This document shows, piece by piece, positions 7,375 to 14,500 of a DNA stretch of 32,000 nucleotides (positions are counted from its first letter, which is position 1; the number at the start of each line of letters is the position of its first letter). A program made the position numbers and the translations under genes. Under the pieces are notes generated by a model. That model did not search any database. It saw only the letters and a list, made by a program, of their open reading frames with translations, and had not been told where the DNA came from. The stretch covers positions 15,901 to 47,900 of the forward strand of contig NZ_JOTN01000001.1 of the NCBI RefSeq assembly GCF_000712595.1. The letters run 5' to 3'. The stretch is from Bacillus manliponensis (GTDB lineage Bacteria; Bacillota; Bacilli; Bacillales; Bacillaceae_G).

Positions 7375-8725
7375 CGTGAAAAAGATAAATTCTACTACTA
7401 CTATTTTTATTACGATTGCCGTTATGCTATTTGCGCTTCTTACTTGCCTTTTGTATGGAAGTATTATCATTCTTTCTTTATATTATGAAAACAAGAACAT
7501 CGAAGCGACTCGCTCAAAAGTAGAAAAACATGAAGCATTTCCTATGCTACCTGAAAATAAAGCAGAAACGAATCATAGCTTATCTACGCTAAATCCTTAC
7601 ATAGGCAAACAATACCTTGATCCTACAGGGTATCGCTTCTATGAAATGGATAATTTTGCATATAAACCACTAGAAAGTAACCAATACACAACTAACGAAG
7701 CGAACAATCATAACGTATCGGCACATAAGCAGCAACCTACCTCTTCTAACGAATCGTCTTCGGTGCGAGAAGCCCTAGAAGAACTTGCTCCTTATATCGG
7801 TATAGCAATTGCGTCACTTTCTATTTTAAGTTCAATTATCTATACAAAATTCATCGCAAAACCTTATGTACAGATGGATGCTACATTAAAAGAAATTATG
7901 AACTTAAAATTTGAAGACGGTGCAATTATGGCAGCAGGAACGATGCAAATGAAAAATCGTGCCACCGAAGTGAAACACGTCGTTACAACTTTACAAAAGA
8001 AGAACGAGGAATTGAAACGAGAACTTACGAAACATCAAGAACGGGATCAATCACAAAAAGAATTGATGTCGGTCATTTCTCATGAACTCAAAAGCCCAAT
8101 TACTGCTGTTATGGGACAATTAGACGGTATGATCCATGGCGTTGGTATTTATAAAGACCGCGATACATACTTAAAAAAATCATATGAAATGGTCCAAAAC
8201 ATCAATGAATTAACAGAAGAACTAAATGATGTTGCAAAACTACAAAATTCTCATTTTGAGCCGCACATTGTAAAAGTTGAGCTATCTCATTTAATTCATA
8301 CGATTATTCAAAAAGCAGATTATTTCGTTCAAATGAAGCGACTTTACTTACATACGAATATACAACCTAATATCAATATTTCAGCAGATAAAAAGTATAT
8401 TGAAACTGCAATTTCAAATATTATTTCAAATGCCATTCAATATACAATTGACCGCCAACATGTATATATAACATTATATGAAAAACCGAACGGTTATATA
8501 TTAGAAGTAATGAATACGGGGTCGCAAATTGAAGATGATAAGTTAGCTCGTGTGTTTGAACCGTTTTATCGCGCTGGTGGAGGAAAACATAGCGCAGTAA
8601 AAGGAAGCGGTTTCGGATTATATATGGTAAAACAAATTCTTGATAACCATCACTTCCCTTACGGCATTCAAAACACATCACAAGGGGTAAAGTTTGCAAT
8701 TACGTTCCCTAAATCCATTTCGTAA
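7352..8725 (+). CDS. Sensor histidine kinase with two TM segments flanking an N/S/Q-rich extracytoplasmic region of about 110 aa
   Basis: H-box is SHELKSPITAV, N-box is ISNAIQYT, and G-boxes are EVMNTG and GSGFGLYMV. The start is uncertain. The TTG at 7352 overlaps the regulator gene by 23 nt, and a GTG at 7376 is an alternative. Confidence 0.85.
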   Translation: MAINWTRNVKKINSTTTIFITIAVMLFALLTCLLYGSIIILSLYYENKNIEATRSKVEKHEAFPMLPENKAETNHSLSTLNPYIGKQYLDPTGYRFYEMDNFAYKPLESNQYTTNEANNHNVSAHKQQPTSSNESSSVREALEELAPYIGIAIASLSILSSIIYTKFIAKPYVQMDATLKEIMNLKFEDGAIMAAGTMQMKNRATEVKHVVTTLQKKNEELKRELTKHQERDQSQKELMSVISHELKSPITAVMGQLDGMIHGVGIYKDRDTYLKKSYEMVQNINELTEELNDVAKLQNSHFEPHIVKVELSHLIHTIIQKADYFVQMKRLYLHTNIQPNINISADKKYIETAISNIISNAIQYTIDRQHVYITLYEKPNGYILEVMNTGSQIEDDKLARVFEPFYRAGGGKHSAVKGSGFGLYMVKQILDNHHFPYGIQNTSQGVKFAITFPKSIS

Positions 8726-8765
8726 ACTGCTGGAATTTGATATAGTGAAAGAAGATGAACCCAAA

Positions 8766-8856
8766 CTCACAAATATGTGAGAGGCGGAATTTTGTAGAGT
8801 GATTACTCTGTTTCGTTCGCCCGTTGTCCAGTAATGGATAGCGGGCGATTTTTTAT
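8766..8856 (+). promoter_or_regulatory. Structured leader with an intrinsic terminator immediately upstream of the DMT transporter (possible attenuator/riboswitch, class unknown)
   Basis: Hairpin CTCACA/TGTGAG lies at 8766-8781. Stem GGCGGA (8783-8788) pairs with TTCGCC (8816-8821) and encloses the hairpin AGAGT/ACTCT. That stem competes with the terminator stem TCGCCCG (8817-8823) / CGGGCGA (8842-8848), which is followed by TTTTTT. Only about 20 nt separate the T-run from the ATG. Confidence 0.45.
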
Positions 8857-8873
8857 TTTGAGGAGGAATACAG

Positions 8874-9776
8874 ATGGAAAGACTAAAGTTTTCAATGCTC
8901 GTACTCTTTGGTGCTTGTAGCTACGGTGTACTCTCAACTATTTTTAAGCTCGGCTTTGCCGATGGATTTTCTGCTCATGAGCTATTAGGCGGACAATATA
9001 TATTTGGCTGGACTGGACTATTATTACTTGTTCTTTTTACATCACGCCTAAAAGTTTCAAAGAAGCAACTGCTCTCTTTATTAGCCGTTGGAACTACGAT
9101 GAGCATGACAGGAATCTTCTACGCTATTTCTGTTGAAGAGTTACCCGCATCAATTGCTGTCGTCTTACTCTTTCAATTCACATGGATTGGTGTTGTCATT
9201 GAAGCAATTGCAAACCGGACGTTACCAAGCCGTGAAAAAGTAATTTCTATTCTCATATTATTTATCGGAACTCTGTTTGCTGGTGGTGTATTTGAAGGAA
9301 TGGGTAATAGTTTCTCCATAAAAGGCATTGTTTACGGACTACTAGCGGCACTATCATTTTCCTTCTACTTATTTGCAAGTGGACGTGTCGCAACAGAAGT
9401 AGCACCTTACACAAAAAGCTTTCTTATGACAACAAGCGCCATGTTAATTGTATGTTTTATCTTCCCCCCTGCATTTTTGATAGATGGAACATTACAAGGA
9501 GGGCTGTGGAAATATGCGCTTTTCCTTGGCTTATTTGGTGTGATTGTACCAGTTATTTGCTTCTCAATTGGCATGCCAAAAGTCGGCATTGGCCTTGGAG
9601 CGATTTTAGGTGCCGCAGAATTACCAACTGCTATTATTGCATCTATTACACTTGCACATGAAGCAGTATCTTACTTACAGTGGCTAGGAATTGCTTTTAT
9701 TATGATTGGTATTATTCTGCCACAGCTATTAGTTTCGCAAAAGGCAAAGCGACAACTAGTCCAGCAAAGTGGATAG
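8874..9776 (+). CDS. DMT superfamily (EamA-like) transporter, about 10 TM segments
   Basis: ATG after GAGGAGGA. 300 aa with two halves of about 5 TM segments each, which is typical EamA architecture. Confidence 0.8.
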   Translation: MERLKFSMLVLFGACSYGVLSTIFKLGFADGFSAHELLGGQYIFGWTGLLLLVLFTSRLKVSKKQLLSLLAVGTTMSMTGIFYAISVEELPASIAVVLLFQFTWIGVVIEAIANRTLPSREKVISILILFIGTLFAGGVFEGMGNSFSIKGIVYGLLAALSFSFYLFASGRVATEVAPYTKSFLMTTSAMLIVCFIFPPAFLIDGTLQGGLWKYALFLGLFGVIVPVICFSIGMPKVGIGLGAILGAAELPTAIIASITLAHEAVSYLQWLGIAFIMIGIILPQLLVSQKAKRQLVQQSG

Positions 9777-9777
9777 G

Positions 9778-9805
9778 AAAAAGAGCACAATTTGTGCTCT
9801 TTTTC
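9778..9805. terminator. Bidirectional terminator between convergent genes
   Basis: AAAAGAGCACA pairs with TGTGCTCTTTT, with A- and T-runs on either side. Confidence 0.8.
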
Positions 9806-9811
9806 TTAAAT

Positions 9812-11428
9812 TTAGCAACTTCCAAGCTTCTCTACTTCTATCTCAATTTCCTTCACATCAATACGCTCAAATAGTGCTTCCACGTTATAAACATACTCTG
9901 ACAACTCTATAATAGGATGCCAATTACTAGAAGAAATCTCCAGCATTTCCTTCACTTTGGAACTTGAAAATGGTAGAAATGGCTGAAGCAGCTGCGCAAA
10001 GTTTGCAATGTAATATACACACTGCCTCATCGTTTCCTCGCACGCTTTTTCATCTTCATTTATTTGCTTCCAAGGTGCTCGCTCATCAAAATATTTATTT
10101 GCTCGGCGCACCTCTGCAAATATCGTTTCTAATGCAAGCTTAAATCGTCCGTTTTCAATTGCAGTTCCTACTTCTTCATAAAGTCCTTGTATATTCGCTG
10201 TAATTTCGCCAGCTGGCACTTTCCCACCATAATATTTCTCGATAAACTTTAATGTCCGATTCACAAAGTTTCCATATGCTCCAAGCAATTCACCGTTATG
10301 ACTATAAATAAATTCCCGCCAAGAAAAGTCTGTATCCCGATTTTCTGGCGCATTAATCGTTAAGAAATAACGAACAGAATCCGGATGATAACGTTCCAAC
10401 ATATCAGGCACCCACACAGCCCAGTTTTTACTCGTTGATAATTTTCGCTTCTCAATCGTTAAATACTCATTTGAAAAGATATGAGTCGGCAACGCTTCTT
10501 TCCCTACTCCCATTAATACCGCTGGCCATATAATAGAGTGAAACGGAATGTTGTCTTTCCCATGCAAATAGTATGTTTTCACATTGCTATCCCAAAACTG
10601 ACTTACATCCTTTCCCTTTTCCTCTGCCCATCGTTTATTCGCTGAATAATACCCAACTACCGCCTCAATCCAGACATAAATCTTTTTATCTTCATATCCT
10701 TTCACTGGAATAGGAACGCCAATTGGTAAATCCCGAGATACAGCTCTATCATGTAACCCTTCTTGTAAATAACGCTCCGTAAGCTGCACCGCATTATCGC
10801 GCCACGCTCCAGATTGCTTTGCCCGCTCTACCATTTTGGCAATTTCATTTTGAAACTGATGAAGTGCAAAATAAAAGTGTTCCGTTTCCTTTGCAATGGG
10901 TTCTGCTCCGCACAATTTACATTGCTTCTCTACTAAATCAAGTGGATCTAAAATTGCGGAGCACGCATCGCACTGGTCGCCTCGTGCTTGTTCTTTACAA
11001 TGCGGACATTTCCCTTCAACATAACGATCCGGCAAAAATTGAGTACAGGCTCCGCAATACGCTTGTTCTACTGCTTTTTTATAAATAAAACCTTTTTCTA
11101 AAAGCTCTAAAAAAATTTGCTGCACCGATTCATGATGGTGCTTCTCATCTGTTCTTGTATAATAGTCATACGTAAAGCCAAGCGCTTGAAAACATCGATG
11201 AAACTCTTCATGATAATAATCTGCAATTTCTTTCGGTGGTACTCCTTCTTGTTTAGCGCGAATAGCAATAGGTGTTCCATTACAATCACTCCCGGATACG
11301 TAAAGAACATCCTCTCCTTTCATTCTGTAATAGCGTGCTACAATATCTCCTGGTAATAAACTAACAACATGCCCTAAATGGAGCGATCCATTTGCATATG
11401 GCCAAGCTCCTCCAATAAAAATCGTCAT
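9812..11428 (-). CDS. metG: Methionine--tRNA ligase, short form without a C-terminal tRNA-binding appendix
   Basis: HIGH motif is [10 protein letters not shown] and the KMSKS-type motif is KLSTSKN. The zinc-knuckle cysteines are CGAC...CPHC...CDAC...CKLC. The 538-aa protein ends right after the anticodon-binding helical domain. GGAGG RBS. Confidence 0.9.
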   Translation of the reverse strand: MTIFIGGAWPYANGSLHLGHVVSLLPGDIVARYYRMKGEDVLYVSGSDCNGTPIAIRAKQEGVPPKEIADYYHEEFHRCFQALGFTYDYYTRTDEKHHHESVQQIFLELLEKGFIYKKAVEQAYCGACTQFLPDRYVEGKCPHCKEQARGDQCDACSAILDPLDLVEKQCKLCGAEPIAKETEHFYFALHQFQNEIAKMVERAKQSGAWRDNAVQLTERYLQEGLHDRAVSRDLPIGVPIPVKGYEDKKIYVWIEAVVGYYSANKRWAEEKGKDVSQFWDSNVKTYYLHGKDNIPFHSIIWPAVLMGVGKEALPTHIFSNEYLTIEKRKLSTSKNWAVWVPDMLERYHPDSVRYFLTINAPENRDTDFSWREFIYSHNGELLGAYGNFVNRTLKFIEKYYGGKVPAGEITANIQGLYEEVGTAIENGRFKLALETIFAEVRRANKYFDERAPWKQINEDEKACEETMRQCVYYIANFAQLLQPFLPFSSSKVKEMLEISSSNWHPIIELSEYVYNVEALFERIDVKEIEIEVEKLGSC

Positions 11429-11435
11429 CTTTCAT

Positions 11436-11745
11436 TCCTCCTTTAAATATAAAAAAGCCACGCCCTTATCTAAAAAGATAAGGGCGTGGCTATATTAACC
11501 GTCGCGGTACCACCTTATTTCGTTAACTACTCACATAGTTAACCTCTACAAGTACGGAGCATATGCTCTTATACTGTGATTGTAATAACGAGAATCAACT
11601 CCCGGCGCCGCCTACTATTATCATCCGATAAGTTCAGGGCGCAGCTCAAAGGCCATTGTTCAAATGAAGATTCTTGCTTCTTCTCAGCTACCGAAGCTCT
11701 CTGGAAAGAATGATTTCATTCTACTTTTCCTTATCAACGCTTTTC
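11436..11745 (-). promoter_or_regulatory. T-box leader (tRNA-sensing riboswitch) with an AUG (Met) specifier controlling metG
   Basis: The minus strand reads AGCGTTGATAAGGAAAAGTAG (stem I base/K-turn), CCAGAGAGC...GGTAGCTGAGAAG (AG bay/distal loop) and GAACAATGG (specifier ATG = complement of 11654-11656). The T-box core AAGGTGGTACCGCG is the complement of 11503-11516. The terminator AGCCACGCCCTTATC/GATAAGGGCGTGGCT plus a T-run lies at 11450-11491. Confidence 0.9.
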
Positions 11746-11758
11746 ATATATGTATTGT

Positions 11759-11787
11759 ATTCTATGAGTTAAAAACAGAAAAGTCAA
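11759..11787 (-). promoter_or_regulatory. Sigma-A-type promoter of the T-box/metG transcript
   Basis: The minus strand has TTGACT (complement of 11782-11787), a 17-nt spacer and TAGAAT (complement of 11759-11764), about 15 nt upstream of the leader. Confidence 0.65.
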
Positions 11788-11859
11788 TCTTTTCGCGAGA
11801 AGGAAATTCTCCTCCCTCCTCCGAATATAATACGTCCCATAAAGAAAGGAGTAATCACA

Positions 11860-12036
11860 TTGAAACAAAAACAATTAAGCACAATAAATAAACAAGGATG
11901 GAGTAAAGCAAACTTACATATTAAAGAGTTAACAGAAGAACATGGTTCCCATTTGCGCTGGGCTTTTCCTCCTTCCTCACCAGAATGTATTGAACAAAAA
12001 GTTCCCGCTCTCTATACATTACTTGCAAAAAAATAA
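11860..12036 (+). CDS. Small hypothetical protein (58 aa), below the ORF-track size cut-off
   Basis: TTG at 11860 lies 8 nt after AAAGGAG (11845-11851), and TATAAT lies at 11826-11831. The translation is MKQKQLSTINKQGWSKANLHIKELTEEHGSHLRWAFPPSSPECIEQKVPALYTLLAKK. The stop TAA at 12034-12036 is also the first bases of the repeat copy. Confidence 0.5.
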   Translation: MKQKQLSTINKQGWSKANLHIKELTEEHGSHLRWAFPPSSPECIEQKVPALYTLLAKK

Positions 12037-12128
12037 AGTGAAGCTTCACTCAGTGGGGGAATTCTTCCCCCCACTGAGTGTTAGCCCGACCAATTGGGCT
12101 TTTACTGGCTGTTAATGCGGGATAATAC
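12034..12128. repeat. Modular repeat, copy 3 (different module combination)
   Basis: It reads TAAAGTGAAGCTTCACTCAGTGGGGGGAATTCTTCCCCCCACTGAG...GCCCGACCAATTGGGCTTTTACTGGCTGTTAATGCGGGATAA. It shares the terminal palindrome and the GCCCGACCAATNGGGCTTTTAC module with copy 1, and carries its own long G/C hairpin. Confidence 0.7.
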
Positions 12129-12164
12129 AAAAAACGGATCCCCGCACATTGGGATCCGTTTTTG
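12129..12164. terminator. Bidirectional rho-independent terminator
   Basis: AAAACGGATCCC (12131-12142) pairs with GGGATCCGTTTT (12151-12162), with A/T runs on both sides. Confidence 0.8.
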
Positions 12165-12303
12165 CATGTGTAACGCACATAAGTTGAGGTTGGAGATTAC
12201 CTACATTTTGTATAAATAGGACACAAGGTATTTCAACATTTCTTTTCGACTTTTACAGTCAAAAGAGGTATAACCAACATGACGAAAGGTAGCGCCACGA
12301 GTT

Positions 12304-12322
12304 AATAATGAAAATCATTATC
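12304..12322. promoter_or_regulatory. Fur box (17 of 19 matches to GATAATGATAATCATTATC)
   Basis: AATAATGAAAATCATTATC is read directly at 12304-12322. Confidence 0.7.
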
Positions 12323-12557
12323 AACTAATTAGAAGTATACAGGAACAATTTTATAATTTCAATAGCTATTTTTAAATTAATTTTAAAACTATATATTCAC
12401 TATGAAAATATATACATTTTCCGAACTTTTCCATTAAAGTCTAATTTCTCCCTTTTCTTTTGCTATAATTTTAAATGAAGGAGAATCACTCCCTCAAATA
12501 AAGCGTTTTATTTATATATTAAATAAATAATCATTAAGGTTTAAAGGCGGGATTTCA

Positions 12558-14246
12558 ATGAATAATTTAGGAATTCGTAAAAAGCTAGTCCTTATGTTTT
12601 CAGGCATTTGTTCCTTATTTGGTATTTCACTAGTCATTATTCTTCTATTCACTATGAACCAAGCAAATGAAACAAAAATATTAAAAGATGAAGTGTCTCG
12701 TAGAGCAACGATTTTGAAAGAGCGTGGTGACTTATTCCAAGCGCAAGTCTCTGGCTTACAAGGTTATTTGCTATCACAAGATAAAAAACAATTAGAGAAA
12801 TTTAATCAAGCTGGCGAGCAACTAGCTGCAACACGTGAACAAGTAACAAAAGATAAGCACCTATCAGGAGAAATTAAAGAAACCGTTTTAATGGGAAAAG
12901 AATGGCGCGCTATTATAGATGAAAAAGTAATTCCTCTCACAGAAGAAGGAAACTGGGAAGAGGCTTCTAAAATCGCACTTGAAAATAGCGAATTAGTAGA
13001 AACTGCTCTACAAAACTTCGCAATGTTCGCAAAAAATGAAGATAAAAAGCGTGATACATTAATTGCAAGTCTTGAGCAGACATCCGATATCATTCAGTAC
13101 GCTGTCTTTCTATCTTTAGTGATATGTTCCATGCTTTCAATTGTTCTTGCACTATCGTTCTCTAACAAACTTGTTAAACCCATTCACGAGATGAATGATA
13201 AATTAAAGGAACTTGCTTCTCAAGAGGGTGATTTAACAGCCCGTCTTACGATTCACAGTAAAGATGAACTCGGCGATATTGCCACATCATTTAACCATAT
13301 GTTAGACAATTTACAGCATATTATCGGCCGTGTTCAAACGGTGTCTGAAGAAGTACGAGAGGCCTCTTTGCAAGTTGCTGCTGGCATGAATAGCTCAATG
13401 AACGAAACAACATACATTCAACAAACAATGGGTGCATTAGAAAGTAACATCATTGCACAAGTTTCTAGTATTGAAGAAAGCTCTACAGCAATGGATGATA
13501 TGACAACTGGTGTACAACGCATTGCAGAATCTGCCTCGACTGTTGCTAGCCTTGCCGGAACAACTTCAGAAAAAGCAGATATCGGAAATAAAGTTATTGA
13601 AAAATCTATTTCACAAATGACAGCTATCCACGAAGCTGTAAACGAAACATCACAAGTAGTAGATCGTCTCATTACCCATACAGAACATATTGATACCGCA
13701 CTGCAAAGTATTTCACATATCGCTGAACAAACGAACTTACTCGCTTTAAACGCATCAATTGAAGCTGCTCGGGCTGGCGAACAAGGAAGAGGGTTTGCTG
13801 TCGTAGCCGATGAAGTAAGAAAACTTGCAGAACAATCAAAAGAAGCAGCAACTGACATCAATCAGCTTCTACGTCACATTCAAGATGAAACAAAAACAGC
13901 AAACGTCATGATGACAAAAGGACAAAGTGAATCAGCAGAAGGAATTGCAATTATCCGTGAAGCTGGTTCATCATTTACTACCATTACTGAACATGTACAT
14001 AACGTATCAACGCAAATACAAGAAGTTTCCGCTACTGCTGAAGAAATGGCTGCAAGTGCAGAAGAAATGAATACGTCTTTAAACAATATTTCTTTCATTT
14101 CAAACGAAGTAGCAGCTGAAACAACAAAAACGTCTCATTCTGCTGAAGGACAAGTAACAATGATGAAAGACATGTCCGTCATGGCTACAAAAATGAAAAA
14201 CGTCATTGAAGAGCTAAATACGCTCGTGTCTCATTTTAAAATATAA
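12558..14246 (+). CDS. Methyl-accepting chemotaxis protein (TM1, helical CHASE3/4HB-like sensor, TM2, HAMP, MA domain)
   Basis: The signalling hairpin reads [42 protein letters not shown] lies around [23 protein letters not shown]. Two TM segments bracket a periplasmic region of about 150 aa. Confidence 0.9.
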   Translation: MNNLGIRKKLVLMFSGICSLFGISLVIILLFTMNQANETKILKDEVSRRATILKERGDLFQAQVSGLQGYLLSQDKKQLEKFNQAGEQLAATREQVTKDKHLSGEIKETVLMGKEWRAIIDEKVIPLTEEGNWEEASKIALENSELVETALQNFAMFAKNEDKKRDTLIASLEQTSDIIQYAVFLSLVICSMLSIVLALSFSNKLVKPIHEMNDKLKELASQEGDLTARLTIHSKDELGDIATSFNHMLDNLQHIIGRVQTVSEEVREASLQVAAGMNSSMNETTYIQQTMGALESNIIAQVSSIEESSTAMDDMTTGVQRIAESASTVASLAGTTSEKADIGNKVIEKSISQMTAIHEAVNETSQVVDRLITHTEHIDTALQSISHIAEQTNLLALNASIEAARAGEQGRGFAVVADEVRKLAEQSKEAATDINQLLRHIQDETKTANVMMTKGQSESAEGIAIIREAGSSFTTITEHVHNVSTQIQEVSATAEEMAASAEEMNTSLNNISFISNEVAAETTKTSHSAEGQVTMMKDMSVMATKMKNVIEELNTLVSHFKI

Positions 14247-14280
14247 AATAAAACTTCAATTAGTGGAGCTTTTACTAGAT
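14244..14280. repeat. Possible degenerate remnant of the modular repeat
   Basis: TAAAATAAAACTTCAATTAGTGGAGCTTTTACTAGAT aligns with TAAAGTGAAGCTTCACTCAGTGG..GGCTTTTACTGGCT of copy 3 once the central hairpin is removed (about 30 of 38 by eye). Its TAA is the stop codon of the chemoreceptor gene. Confidence 0.35.
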
Positions 14281-14286
14281 AAAGGG

Positions 14287-14323
14287 TAAGCAGTGGCCTA
14301 TATGATGCCACTGCTTATTCTTC
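14287..14323 (+). terminator. Rho-independent terminator of the first chemoreceptor gene
   Basis: TAAGCAGTGGC (14287-14297) pairs with GCCACTGCTTA (14307-14317), followed by a T-rich tail. Confidence 0.75.
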
Positions 14324-14500
14324 CTTATAACCCCGTCCCCTATTTTCCTGTTACCTATATTTTTCTAATTTATTATAAAAAATTATTATTTTCTTATATT
14401 CCAAAATTCTGTTATACTCTTTCATGTGGAATATTCCTTGTTATTTTTTTATTTTTAATATAAAAAAATCAATATAAATAAATCTTAAGGGGATGTATAT

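Larger units (their letters stand above)
12129..12327 (-). ncRNA. Candidate Fur-repressed small RNA (hypothetical)
   Basis: The minus strand has TTGAAA (complement of 12357-12362), a 17-nt spacer and TATACT (complement of 12334-12339). The Fur box sits at about +4 to +24. There is no ORF with an RBS, and the transcript would end at the terminator at 12129-12164. It contains the pyrimidine tract ACCUCUUUU, which is complementary to Shine-Dalgarno sequences. Confidence 0.3.

Noticed and set aside
8726-8873. Assignment of the DMT leader to a known riboswitch class
   Set aside because: I could not find the conserved cores of the purine, preQ1, ykkC/guanidine, ZTP or Mn (yybP-ykoY) classes by eye. 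It is left unclassified rather than named.
9407-9874. Overlapping ORFs at 9407-9589 (-), 9452-9661 (+) and 9680-9874 (+)
   Set aside because: They are alternative frames or the antisense strand of the DMT transporter gene, or they run through the bidirectional terminator into metG. None has translation signals.
10819-11356. ORFs at 10819-11088 (+), 11107-11310 (-) and 11117-11356 (+)
   Set aside because: They are embedded in, or out of frame with, the metG coding sequence, which is strongly supported by its motifs.
11664-11891. 75-aa plus-strand ORF in the track
   Set aside because: It lies antisense across the T-box leader and the metG promoter and has no RBS. The region is fully explained by the T-box RNA on the minus strand.
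12268-12294. Mini-ORF MTKGSATS (ATG at 12268) after AAGAGG as a leader peptide
   Set aside because: It has only 8 codons, the RBS spacing is about 10 nt, and I see no obvious attenuator logic linked to it. It is probably fortuitous.
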